Positions 46,116 to 59,124 of a DNA stretch of 64,000 nucleotides are shown in pieces. The first letter of the stretch is position 1. Each line of letters starts with the position of its first letter. This DNA is from Anthoceros angustus. Lineage: Eukaryota; Plantae; Anthocerotophyta. The stretch spans positions 2,108,001 to 2,172,000 of the forward strand of contig MU008160.1 in assembly GCA_010909165.1 (NCBI GenBank), written 5' to 3'. The notes below the pieces were generated by a model. That model was not told the origin of the DNA, searched no databases, and saw only the letters and a list, made by a program, of their open reading frames with translations. Both the position numbers and the translations under genes were made by a program.

Positions 46116-48120
46116 TGTTGCAAGGGTATTAGCCCAATGACTTAGACTAATACACTTAGTCTAAGTTAGGTGTCGATTAGTCATTAGTTTAGTTGAAGCC
46201 AATCACTGGAAGCTTCTTGCTCCTTCACAGGGCTTCTTGTGGAGCTTCCTAGTTCCTACGGAGGTGCATAAATACCTCCAAGCCTCATCTCAATGTGAGA
46301 GAGCTACACTGCCTCCTCCTCTCCTCCTCTTCCACCATCACGTGCCGCCACACGATCCTTCAACCGGTATCAGAATTTTCTAGGCTGCAGTGGCGGCACC
46401 GTGGAATTGCAGTGATCCACCGCAAAGTGAGGGCCGCGAGCGCCCGCACGAAGCCGCGAGTGGAACGAGGCCGAGCGAGGCAAGATCGCGACCTCACAGG
46501 CGCGAGCCGTTTGCGCGTCAGCGGCCTGGCCGTGGAGGCCGTGGCGACGTGGCGCGGCCGCGGCGACACGGGGCGCTGGGACGCCACAGACGGACGCTGG
46601 CCACGGCCATGGGCGCGGAGCGCTTACCGGCGGAGCCGCGCTGGCGGCTGCCACGGGGCGCGGAGCTACGGCCGCGGGGCGCGGAGAGCGCGGCCGCGAG
46701 GCGTGTGTCGCCAGACGCTACGGCCAGAAGCGCGGACGCGGCGGCCAAAGGCCAGCCGCCAGTACGCGGCGCGCGGACGCGCGGGGCTGGGCCGCGGCGC
46801 GGCGGCAGAGGGCGGGGTAGGGCGCAGGCGCGGCGTGCAAGCCCTGCGGGGCGCGCAGTTGAGGGGCGCGCGGCGGCAGGCGCGGCGGGGCGCGCGGCAT
46901 TTACCGCCGCAAGCGGGCCAGCGGGCACGTGCCGCGACGCAGAAAGCCGCAGAGCGCGGCGCGGCCGGGTGCGATTGCGGCCGCGGTGGCGCGGCGGGCC
47001 GCGACGCAGCGCAGAGCGGGCGGCGCCGGCGGGTGCGATCGGCTGCGCGCGCGCGCCTGCAGGGCGCGCGTTATCAACATGTAGGCGCGGTGTGGCCGTG
47101 GCGGGTGGCCGCGGCGCGGGCGTCGGCGCGCGGTTGCGCAGCGGGGCGCAGATAGCCGGGGCGCGAAAGTACGTAGTTGCCGAACGCCAGCGAGAGCGTA
47201 AAATTGCCGAACGATTTGGAAGAATGTGGAATAGTCAACGGCAAAATACACACGGACCGTGATGCTTTCTTCTTTGACTCGATAAGGCAAGTCGAGGTTT
47301 TATCTCAGACGATTTTTGAGTCATGATGTCTTCATCGTAAAACGCCATGTTCAATATCGAGAAGTTAGATGGTACTAACTTCCCGCTCGAAAGAACAAGT
47401 GTATAGTGTTCTAGTGCGTAAAAAAGGCATCAAGCCCATAAAGTTGTTAGCGCCAAACCGTATAGTATGACTCGATGAGTGGCGGGACTGGATGAGCTTG
47501 CTAGATCTACTATCATGCTAACATTGTCAAAACAAGGTACTTCAATGTGAAAGATAAGACCACGAGTTACTGGACGCGTGTTGGACTGATGAGAAGCAAA
47601 GCGCGGCTTCGTGTTTATTGGTTAAAATGGTGGACTTGAAGATGAAGGAAGGGACGAGGATGTCCGATCATCTCAATGATTTCAATACCATTTCAGCCTC
47701 TCATCTCAAGGTATCACGCTCCCGATTTCAGTGAGAGCTATGTTTCGCTGGTCACATTACCAGAGTTGGGACACCTTTCGTATGGCCTCCGAAAGTAATT
47801 CACCTCGCCAGTGGTCTTACCATTGTTTGTAATGTAGAAGGTAGCCTGTTAAGGCGAGAGGAGGTGAACAGAAAACATGGAACCTTCCAAAGGTTCCAGG
47901 CTCTACAGCGAGAGAGGAGGTCCACCGCGAAGGGAAGCAACCGGGATGTAAGCTTCTCTCAGAAAGTAAATCTAGTAATGTCAGAATGTGGAGTGTCACT
48001 ATTGTCACACAAAAGGGTCACTAAAAGAGAGTGCGAGAAGTTCAAAAAACCAAGGAAAGAGAAGAAGACGACAAGAAGGCGACTTTGCTCACAAAGTTGG
48101 AAGAGTTAAACTCTGAGGAC
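46116..48120 (+). mobile_element. Ty1/Copia 5' fragment (Tnt1/Tork-like): LTR 46116-46364, Met PBS 46365-46374, GC-rich leader, gag from 47323
   Basis: TGTTGCAAGG...CCTTCAAC termini; (T)GGTATCAGA PBS; MFNIEKLDGTNFP; zinc knuckle ECHYCHTKGH.KREC. Confidence 0.85.
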
Positions 48121-48149
48121 GCGAGATGTCCTTATCTCTTCTTACGAAT

Positions 48150-48545
48150 GAATACACAAGCATACGCATCCTCTATAAAGGAGAACATCAATCTTCATCG
48201 AACAAACCTTAACAAATCAGTAGATCGAGGATTATTTAAAGATATTTGCAAGAATATGAGATTTTGAAGTTCATGGAGGAACTATTTCGGTTTAGGTGTC
48301 GCCTTTGGGTAATTTACGTGTTCTAGGAAACCGAAGGGAACAAGTATAGAGAATGAATTCGTTAACACACGCCGGAATATTTATGCATACACCCATCCCT
48401 CTATAAAGGGGACCATCAATTTTGATTGAACAAACCTTAACAACCGTAGATCAAAGGATTATGAAAAGTTACATGCAAGAAGAATGGATAACAAGATTTC
48501 GAAGTTCATAGTCCGGAGCAGCGGTTTCGATTTAGGTCTCGCCCA
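48150..48545 (+). repeat. Two diverged ~235 bp direct repeats
   Basis: CTCTATAAAGG..CATCAAT..GAACAAACCTTAACAA..GTAGATC..TGCAAGAA..GAAGTTCAT..TTTAGGT.TCGCC starts at ~48160 and again at ~48395. Confidence 0.75.
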
Positions 48546-48702
48546 TTTATACCCCATGAGAAACTACAAATTTGGTAGGTTTTCACCAGGCTTCATGTTG
48601 GCAACTACTAAATTGGGAATTTTTCAATGGTGTCAATTGCTATATTGGCATCTATTCCAGAAAGAGATAGTGCTGTTGATTTCCGTTAAATTCATTTATA
48701 TC

Positions 48703-49212
48703 TAGCATTAATTAATCTAATGACTTATCATTAAGTAAGTAATTAGTATTAATTAATATGAAGTGGTTTATGTTAAATAAGCATGGATTAGTGTTAATTA
48801 AACATGGTTAGCAATAGCTAAGTGGATAAACACAAGTAATATGCTTTAGCACATTCATTGCATATTATAGTGTATTCTTTGCATATTTCCGGCATATGCT
48901 GATGCCAATAGGATATCTTAGGAATATGCCCATGCCAAGGGCTAGTATACCTATATAGACCCTTTCACAAAGGACAAGCTCACATCATAGCTTGTCCTCT
49001 ACATATGCAATGCAAGAGTGTTGTGAGGAGGCCAAAGCTATCACTCCGAGAGCCATGTGCGAGCAATTTGCGTGTTGTTCTCGTGGGGAGAGTGTGTTTG
49101 TGCCATAACGTGCGAGCTACTCTCTCCTAGTGTTACAAATTGGTTTGCACCTATATTTGCATATTATATTTGTTTTGCTTCGTTGTCTCTCGAGGAAGTG
49201 CTCACATGAATG
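48703..49212 (+). repeat. Repeat family C fragment, forward
   Basis: Matches 12395-12582 and then the reverse complement of 11695-12070. Contains a TATATA box. Confidence 0.8.
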
Positions 49213-49930
49213 TGATGAAATATGACCTATTTAGGGCACTCTTCACTAGGGCACCTAAGACTATTAATTAATTTAGTTCTTAGGGCTTTAGGTAGTTTAA
49301 TGAGTTAGTTATTGCAACCACTTAGAGGTTAGAACTACTTATGGTTACAACCACCTTATGGTTATAACCACCTAGCCTATATAAAGGCTTTGTACTTCTA
49401 TTATAATCAATGCATACAACTCTTTTGTGCAAAGCTTTCTACTATCACTTGCTATGTTTTGCTACCTAGGCTATGATTCTCATCATGGTATCGAGCATTG
49501 CTGCTCTCTATTTGCATTGGGCAACTTGACATGACTGGTCTACTCTTCTTCTTCATCTTCTTCTTCATTTCCTTTTAGAAGATGCATAGATTCTTTAGAT
49601 TGCATGTCATAGATTCTTTGTCATGTTTTGCTTCCTTAATCTTCAATAATGCACACAAGTGCATCCAATCCTTGCTTCAACGATGGACCCTTCAATCCTC
49701 GCAAGCAAGGCTATTGGAAGAAGATTAAAATGCAAGACAAGATAGAATATAGGAATGCAAAGATTAGAATTGCTAGGAAGTATAGTAAGATAGTAGGAGA
49801 TTCCATACTTATTGCTAACTTCATTGGCTCTATTCTAATCAAAGTAGAAGATCAAAGGCAAATAGAAATTGCTAGAAGAAACTTGCTTACTATCTTTAGT
49901 TTAAGTCAAGTGAAAGCAATAGAACTCGCT
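49213..49930 (+). mobile_element. LTR retrotransposon 5' end: LTR 49213-49485, Met PBS 49486-49496, start of a gag-like ORF at 49649
   Basis: TGATGAAAT...ATTCTCATCA termini, TATATAAA at ~49378, TGGTATC(A)GAGC PBS. Confidence 0.78.
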
Positions 49931-52576
49931 CTTGATCACATCCCAAACCTACATGCGGTCCTCTTTCTTCGTCTCCAATGCAGTTCACAACAACGTAACA
50001 AGCATAGAGGATTTATCAAGAGAAGTCGTGATCTCAATGAGCGCCTCCTTGAGCACACCGATCCACACATCTGTGTCTTCATCACAATCTTCCTTCATCG
50101 CCGCTGTCATCTTGACAAACACGCCAAGAGAGAAAAGATTCCTCCTTGCCTTGCTCCTTGCGCCCGGTCGCCTACCACTTTAGTCCGCCCACCCTCTTGG
50201 GTAGGCCTCCCCGGTAGGTCAAGGGCCTCGCCAGGCACAAGCGAGATGGTGGGGACTCCCCACCCTTGCTCACCCCTCTGTGGTAGTCCTCCTCTCATAG
50301 ACTACCATTCGGCCTTCCTCGGCGGTTCATTCCTCTCCTCTTTCTTGCTCACAGGGGAAAAGATTCCCACTCAGCAACCTTGTTGCCTCTACATCCTCCA
50401 CCCTTGCTCCTAGCATGCTTGTGGAGGTCTGACCTGCCTTTCTCGGTGCAAAAGTCAAGGCCTTTCAAGGGGTCGAGATGGATTATCTCAAGGATGCCAA
50501 GCATCTTCCAACTCCTTGCTTGTGAGAAGTCCTCCTGCTTTCCCACAAATGCACCAAATAGGTGTGCTAAGGTAGTGGCCTTCCTCATCATCAATTTGGC
50601 TTGAGGAGCTTCTCCGGTGGATGTAGGCCTCATACATGATGGTGCCTAACTGCTCTCCTCCTCAAATCTTCCACAAAATTGTGAAGTTGGTGCAAATAGG
50701 AAGTCCTTTAGTAATTTACCAACCCCAATACAATCTTCGAAAGAGCCTCCACTCAGCCTCTTGATGCTATCTCGCTTTCCAGCCATTCTCGCATGGGCCT
50801 CACCTCCGTCCATCATGTCGAGGAGCTCATGAATATCTGAGAGGTCAGCCCTCTTCCCTCCATTCGGACCTTTCGAGGAGAGCAATTCCCGAGCTTTCCT
50901 CCTGGCCTCCCATACACACGAATGCTCCTTACGGTTCAAAGAATGAGGATCCGTCGAGCATTCCTTTCCTAACGCTGCAAGGGCTGCCTCTCGATTGATG
51001 GAGATTGATGAAGCACTCCTCAATCACCCAAATTGGTGTAGGCCCATTGCCGGCCATACACCCATCCTAACTGATATTATCTTCCTCACGCCCACCGCCA
51101 AATCCACTAAATCACGAGGTTGAGCCGCCCCGCAAAACACGAATTGGGGCATTACAACTCATTTCATGGCGGCGCCCTACTGCCCTTCTTCTCCTTGCCT
51201 CCTCACAGGAAGAAGAACCTTGGCAGCGCTCTTCCCTTGCTCTTCCACATGCAGGCATGGCACATTCCTTACTTCCAACGCCTTAACGAAGAGAATTACT
51301 TTCCAATTCCAAGCGTTGTGTGCTCCAAAGCTTCACTCCCAAGCATTCCTTCCTTGTCACTAGGAGCGACACCCAACCTCGAGGCACAAGTCTGCATTAG
51401 CCCGGTTCCGACCCTTCCCGGGTCACGCCAATTTCCCTTCGCGATTTCTCCTCCCGGGGCAAGGCACCGGAGTGAGCTGCTTTCTTCTTCTCCGTTCAAT
51501 TTGCTCCTCTTTGCGCTCTCAATCCCTTCAATCTCACACCGCGCTAGGTTCCTCGACTGTGGCTCCCGCCTCGAGTAAATTCCAAAGACCAAGGCCCTTC
51601 ACAACCGGATCCAAACACCCGCTGGTGTTCGAGGCCGAGTCTGCCTCCTCCTCCTTCGCTTAGGTTTCTCTCGCTCGCGCCACCCTCCTCTTGCTCACAA
51701 GTCGCACACGCACAAGACCTTCCTTTTTTCAAGGCTTCCCCACGCCTCACCTCGCCTTCGCGGAATGAGGGCGCCTCAAGAGGAAGTTGCAAACCGCACT
51801 TTGCCTTTTGGATGATCGCCACGGAGGCCCACAACCCTAGATTAGGTAGGCAAACCACCGCGATAGGGGAGCAGCCACCGCGAAAGGTGCACCTACGCCG
51901 AGGGGTGCGAGCCTACCATGGGAAGGGAAAGAAAAGCAGCCGCTAGCGGCGGGCGCCCAGCCACTACCCACGCTTGGAGGAAGGGCGGATGGGGCGACTG
52001 AGGGGACTGCAGCGTGATGGCCCAGGAGTACAAGGGAGCTGGAGATTTCTAGCAAGGGGCCAACAGCGTAATTTGGGCCCTGAGACTTGGCCGAGTGCTT
52101 GTGAAGCACTTGGGCCCATGGATTTGAAGGGGCTAGGGGGAGCCAGCGCCCTTGTGGGCATGCCGAGAGGAAGTGAGGCCCAAGACATGGCCGGAGGAAG
52201 GCAGTGGACCAAGTGGCACTGGAAGCCATGGAGTCCGGCAGAAGGCAGCCAAGTTGGAGAAGGTCAGAGAGCTTCCGACCTTGTAGATCAGCCGGCTTAA
52301 AAGGCCTGAGGGAAGGTTGTCACAAACAGAGGAGAGAGCCATTCGGGCGACAACCCAAAGGGACTCTTGGAGGCGGAAGAGCATTTTGCCCAATTGGAGC
52401 AAGAGCGGAAGGGCAAAACGGAGGCTCTAGGAAGAGGGAAGCAGGCGACTCAGCAAGTGGAGGCGCAGGAGCAGGTGATGGCCACTCAAGCCATCAAAAT
52501 CCGGGACATGGAAGAAGAATTGCGAAGGACCCGGTACAATTTGGAAGAGAAGCGCTCGGAGCTGGAGACACAAGAC
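49930..52576 (+). mobile_element. Large LTR family A'' (part 1): ORF1 homolog on the minus strand, ORF2 start on the plus strand
   Basis: The minus strand at ~51000-51065 reads WVYGRQWAYTNL..IEECFINL (ORF1). The plus strand at 52200-52576 matches A' ORF2 (AQQVEAQEQV.A.QAIKIRD.EEELR). Confidence 0.75.
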
Positions 52577-55500
52577 TGTTGGGGATAAAACCCTACCATA
52601 GCTTGTACTACAGTTAATATACTTCAGTTAAGTAGTTAACCCAAGAGACACATTAACAATTTTGTATATAAGAGCACCTTCTTTATTAATTAATGCTTTT
52701 GTTTTACACGCTCCGCTTATTAGCATGGTATCGCAGCACCACTCTATCGATCCATTTAGGCCCCATTCTAGAATGCTATTAGCATAGATAATTTATCTAA
52801 TCACATAATACAAAATCTCTCTCGTGAGGAATGTGTGATTGTGTGACTAGTAATTCATCTTGCCTCGCACTCTAGATAGTGTTATTATATTCTAAATTAA
52901 ATGGGATTGTAAATGAGTCCTGGATTCTACATCATGACGGAGATGTGGCGGCGTCCCATGAGCCCTTCTCACAATTTTGTGGGTGCAAGAGATAAAATCG
53001 CCCATGCAAGTTGAGCATCAAGGTGGCTCACGTGGGTGCATTCTCAACGCCCAGGCCACGGACATCACCTCCTCCAACGACAAGATCCCACCAAACAACT
53101 TGGAGGAGAGAGCCCATCTCCGCACTCCCTACAAAGACTGCAGTAATTTCCCAACAGATTGCGACACACGCATCTCAACATCGATCTGAAGGAAGGTTTA
53201 ATACCTGTGGCTCAATACCGGATCTCAGGCTGGAAGCTTTGCGCATGAGAGTTACCAGCGCTGAGGAGATCCTTCTCGCACAAGTCTGCAGAGGACAATC
53301 TCTTTTGCTTCAACAGGAAGAACGCCTTTTCGTGGTGCACGATTTGCTCCAGAGTGTTCAGAATTCACTCGTCGCCCTCACCTTGAGATTGGAGCGTGCT
53401 GAAATTGGACCTTTGTCTGCACGAGCTCCGCTGGTTGCCACCTACTTGCCGACCTTGGTGCCTACACGCGAGGACCCATCCATGGCGCCGAGTGGGCGAT
53501 CAGATCCAGGCGCTACTCGACTGGATCCCGCCCAATCAACCCGAGGATCGCGCAAGTAGGTGCAAGCAGTGCAAGCGCAGACTCTCACCGACCCCAATCA
53601 AGACCTTTGCCTAGGTTAATGATTCGCTGAGTCCCGCCACCGTCAAATTCATGATCACCTGTGGCGTTTCATGTTAGTTTGCACATTTCAGATCTAACCC
53701 TTTAAACAAAGATCGCGTAAACGCCACGTACTTTTAGATGTCGTTTCATTTTCTCTCATGTCGTATGACTTGGGTTACTGCTTGGGGATTCGAGGGGACT
53801 TTGGATGAGGATTTAGCCACGATCTCCTTTCTTCAATCCTGCAGCCTCAATTCCTCGTGATTCAACCCTCCCCACATTTAGAGTACCATCTCCTCGTTAA
53901 CATGGGTTCCGCTGCTCGGCATTATATTCGGTGAATTCAAAGAAAAGATCGCTTGATGGCAAACTGTTACTTAGAGCTGAGAGCACGAATGCAAGCAACC
54001 AACGCGAGGGATGTTTGGGAGTACGCGATGGGAGCATCGCCAATCCACACTGGTCCCATCTACAATGCAAATCAACCAACAATGTATGAGAAGGCGAATG
54101 GGACAAAGGGAACAAAGTAGCTTTCGCCATCTTGCCGTCTGGTCGGATGCTGAACTGTCATTGAGGTTGAGTTCCTGCACAGCATGCTGCAACTCGACTC
54201 AAATTTGACACGCATATGTACAATGTGTGTACCTGATGAATCACAAGGATTTCCACTGCTCGTGATAAGGAAGGAGACCTCGTGGACCCGAGTGGAATTA
54301 CCAAGTTGAGGCTTCAAGGAGCACAATTAGTCGCGCTAGGTGCCAAGATCATTGAGGTCAAAATGGTTGCCCACATTGCCTTTGCCCTCATCCTACCAAA
54401 CGCTTATCTCCTGATGAATTGCCCTCTCTCTCACTGTATGCCGCTGAATCAACCTTATAACCTCGAACTCCGAACATCGTGTTGGGGCCTCTCAAGAGGA
54501 AGCCAAAGACACAAACCAGTGTCGTGGCCTTTGAGCAAGAGGAGAAAAGGTTCTTTGCGGCAAAAGCCGCTTTGTAAAGGGAAGGGGAAAGAAAAGAAGA
54601 CTCACCACCTAAGCGGTTCGTGGCTCGAACTCATCTCCCTCCATCAAACGGCAGGTACGTCTGGTGGTGCTAAATTGCTGGTCACCGGGAGAGGGACCCT
54701 TAAGAAAAGTCTCTGAGACCCAAAGAAGGATCCTCGACTGAAGCACATGTTGCCGCCATAAGGACAAGGATCTTCTCCACAAAGCAAATGTCCTAATAAG
54801 AATAAATGCTTTGTCGCCGTCGATCCACAAACTCTTGGTTTATAGATTCAAAAGCGCCCATGTCTGTAATAACAAAGATCTGCTTTTACATAATCAAAAT
54901 GTATGTCCCAAAGACACTATGGGGACTCTAGAGGCATAGACGTACGTGGAATGGCATCGCATTACCTTACCTTGGCCGATGGGTCCGAATCTTCGGAGGA
55001 TGTTCTCTATGTCCCCGCCATGTCGAAAAATTTGGCCGCCGATTAGGGCACGCACTAACTGAAAGTATGGTTTCTCCTTTGAGCAGGCATGTCAGATGAC
55101 CTGTCTGCACTGGAAAGTGTATTGCTAGAGGTCACGGTAAATGAGCTATATCATGAACCTCGTCTGTGTGGCTTATGTTACCTCAACCACCTCCAAGCAA
55201 GTCTTGCATGCTAGGCTTGGACATGTAAATAGGGAAAAGTTGAACCTTATGTCTTCACCGACATTTAGGAGAAACCGCCTCCTATTTCAAGCAATGCCTC
55301 TGCCCGCCTTGTGTGTCCTCTCAAAGCGTAAGGAGCTTCCTTCAAAACAAACAGTACGTGAGGGCTCAGCGTCGGACCTCATACATGCCGATATTGCCGC
55401 AAGCCGCAGTTAAGTCACCGGGTGGCGCAGAGTATTATCTCACCTTAACGACGATTACTCCTCGCTACACTTGGGTCTTCCCACTACCAAGAGTGATGCT

Positions 55501-58500
55501 TTGAGTGTATAGAAACCTCGGATTTCTATGGTACAGAGACAAACCGGTAATCCGTGAAGTGCTTTCGCATAAGCGGGGGAGTTCGTTGGTCGCCAATATG
55601 ATGTGCTATTTGCAGCTCATGGATCATTCGCCACTGCCATTCCATATACTCAAGAGTAGCCGAACGTAAGAACCAGACTGGTGGGTATGACAAGGAGCAT
55701 GCTTGGATGGGCGGGTTTGCCCAAATACCCAAGGTAAGCCCTTACAATCATGACCACATACTTAATGTGAGTTCCCGACAACTTCATTACCCGGCAAAAC
55801 TCCCTATGAGGCGTTCTCGAAGAAGAAGCCCAAATTGTCAGATTCATGGTGTTCGGCCCACAAAGATATGCATATATTCCTAAATGTAAGAGGCGCAGTT
55901 AGATGACAGTGGCTAGGCCCCTTTGGCTATTCTTCAAAGGCATATAACTCGTATGAGCCTGCAACCCATAAGGTGGTGTTGGCACGTAGTGTTACCTTTG
56001 ACGAGCTTACTACTCCAAGGGGGCAGACTTTAACATATTTCGGGACAGATATACTGCCCATCCGCAGAAGTTACAAGTACTGGCATGAAGAGGACAGCTC
56101 AGGCTTAGTCATACTTGATGCAGCAAACCAAGTTTCACCTCAACACGTGGTTCAACAACCAAAGAAGTGAATTACTCCCGATTCAGATGGCGAGGACTTT
56201 CTACCGCCATGTCGATGTCGAGGATCAAGAGCCCTGGTACTTTTACATGTTGACCGAGGTTTCTTCACCATTCGATGAATATTCGTATTCCATGTTCTCT
56301 GCAGATCCGATGAAATAGTCAATTATCGATGGTGAATTCTCGACCGCCCAAGCAAAGTGGGAGTACCCTTGCAGCCGCGTGGTTGATGAACCCAGATATC
56401 CTACACGTGAGCGACGTTCACGTGAGCACTGGACTGAACCACCTTACCAGGCACTTGATTTTCGACGAGGCTCTCGGCTCATGTTGCGCATTTCACCGTA
56501 CTCAAGTTCGCCAGACTCCACAAACGATGAAGAGGCTATTAATGGCCCCGATGGCCCTCAAGCACTTCAATAGATGATGAGTATGCTTCACTCTTAAAAA
56601 CAACACTGGAGCTCGTGGACTTACTCGAAGGCGTGAAGCCCATTAGTCAGCAAATGGGTGTTTAAGACCTAAGTTGAAAGTGTATGGACGATCGCTAGAT
56701 ACAAATCTACTCGGGTTGCTCGTGGATTTAGCCTAAATTCCGGCATAGATTATGGTGACACTTTCTCACCAAGAGTAAAGCCACCTTCTGCTGGATTCTC
56801 TATGGCAGAAAGAGTACGATCTGGAGGTACAACAAATGGATGTGTGTACTGCCTTTTTGCATGGGGAACTAGAAGAGACCTCTGTATACGCAATGTACCA
56901 CAAGGGTACATCACCACAAATGTTTACTGTGTGGAAAACGATATATGGTCTTAAACAATCACCTCGTGCTTGGTACAAGCGGATAATGAAGTATCTTCGC
57001 AAGCTTGGTTTCCTCTCCCGACACTAATGTTTTTACTTACGATGGCTCACGCTCGTCATTCTAGCTCTTATGTTGACGACGTCGTGCTTCTTAATAATAA
57101 TCGAATAGCTTGATAAGGTGAAGGACATGCTGCGCAAGGAATTCGAGATGATGACCGGGTGATCTACAATCTGCATATGATCCTCAAACGATCCCATGGT
57201 CAGGTCACATTACATCAAACGAAGTACATTACGGAGATACTTAAAAGGTTTCACCTGAACGAGGTAAGATTCAGAGTCACTCCCTCTGCTGGGGAGAAAC
57301 TTACGGCCATGTCCCTCGTAATGAACGTGAACTTGAGGACATGCAACTTGTTCTTGCGCAGAGGCAGCTATCGCTCGATCTTTTGGCAACCTGACAAGAC
57401 CCGACACATCGCCATTACTGGCCTCGATGGTCTCACAGTTTTTGAAGTCTCCTGGACGACATTGGCAGCATGTCAAGAGGATTTACATATCTAAAAGGTA
57501 CCATCTCATATGGTCCGCAATACACCAAAGCGTGGGAGTAACAAGCTAGAACTTATCTCATATGCCGATGCCGACGGGCCTCTGGCGACACCGTGAAGAG
57601 TCTCGTCTGACATCCTTTGTTTCCGTTCCGTACTATCACCGGAGCTGCAAGAAGGCACTTCCTCGCTCAAGTCTGCCGAGTATAAAGCTCTCACCGATGC
57701 CCTGCAAGAAGCCGAGTGGAGAGAGCCGGAGTCGATGAATCAAGCCGCAGACAGTCCAACACTCACGCTATGTGACAACATGAGCGCAATTGCCCTTGTC
57801 TCCAACCCTAGGTTTCATGCCAGAACCAAGCATATAGAACTCTATCATCACTACATTAGGGACACAGCTGAACGGGACATAGTCAAGGTTGAGTATGTTA
57901 GCACACATTTAAATACTGCAGACATATTTACCAAGGGGCTTCCCAAAGCCAAACACTTTCAGCACATGGCCGCTTTAGGTCTCAAGGAGTTCAGCTATCC
58001 CTAGCATGTCTCACTGGCTACATTCTGTGGAGGACTGGCACTAGCAGTCTCTAGGGTTTGTGCACACCACACTGAGAGGTCTGCACCTTGGTGGCTCATG
58101 CCACAACTTCCATTAGGCCTCAGTCTTCACGAGGTGCCACCCTAGGTTCAAGTCCATTCTGCACAGGTCACAGCCTTTGGTCAGTCACATGTCTGCTTAG
58201 AGGATGAAGCTCAATGAAAATTCTAGGCGAAGCAGACATGGTTTAGGTAGGAATTTACTTAGTGGTAGAGCTTTTGTCGACAAAGGCACCGCTCAGTAAG
58301 CACACACACTATGGGCCTCTAGAACCACGACGCCTACCTATTCACCTCAATGTCGCCAAGAGCTTCGTGCAGCAGCCTTTTCCACACTCTATCGCCCGCT
58401 GCCCCGCCACCTCAATTCGTTTTATGTCCAGAAGCTTCTCCATCTCTGCAAGTGTTGCAAACACAGTTTCCACCTGGTCAGCTAGCAGTAGAGCGATGTG

Positions 58501-59119
58501 AGGTCTTCTGAGAGCACGAGCTCTGCTACGAGGGCTGCTCTCCACTTCGGCCCTCCTTACCGCTTGAGTTGGGCATGTATGTGTTTGTGATGCTTTAGAG
58601 GCTGGAGGATTCGTCCGAGTCCAACTCTCGAACACCGGGCGGCGGCGGTCGTCGGCAGCGCCGTGCGCTATATGAGCGCAGCGCCACGGCCGGAATCACT
58701 TTCGTTGGGCGCCACGCCCCGCCCGGCCCCGGCCGGGGCGCCGCTGCCTCCTCTCGCTGGTGCGCCTGGGAGCCATGGCTGAGGAATTGCTGCGCGTGGA
58801 GCCTGAGTGGGTCCTCGTTCTTGTGTGTTACCGCCGCTCCTAGGTGTAGCCACGCCTTAAGAGGGTCAACAACCCATGTGAGCGTACGTGTTCAAGAGGG
58901 GAGTAGCTGGGCGTAATGCTATGTAATGATGCTCTATTCAAACCTATGGTTGCATAAGCTATGTAGGTTTAGTGGGAGTGTTAGATAAAACCCTACCATA
59001 GCTACGCTTAATATACTTCAGTAGTTAACCCAAGAGACACATTAACAATTTTGTATATAAGAGCACCTTCTCTTTATTAATTAATGCTTTGTTTTACAAG
59101 CACGCTCCGCTTATTAGCA
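52577..59119 (+). mobile_element. Full-length Ty1/Copia element (6.5 kb) with ~145 bp LTRs (52577-52725, 58979-59119)
   Basis: TG...CA LTR pair; TSD AAGAC (52572-52576 and 59120-59124); PBS TGGTATCGCAGC; PPT AGTGGGAG; LHARLGH, QMDVCTAFLHGELEE, YGLKQSPRAW, YVDD, CDNMSAI...HARTKHI...ADIFTKGL. Confidence 0.95.
53890..58004 (+). CDS. Copia gag-pol (gag, PR, INT, RT, RNase H; many frameshifts)
   Basis: Domain order INT then RT then RNase H, ending at TAG 58004. The start is approximate. Confidence 0.85.
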
Positions 59120-59124
59120 AAGAC

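Noticed and set aside
45055-47290. Long ORFs 45055-46140, 46295-47155 and 46390-47262
   Set aside because: Low-complexity P/S- or R/A/G-rich frames explained by high GC content or the antisense of coiled-coil coding sequence.
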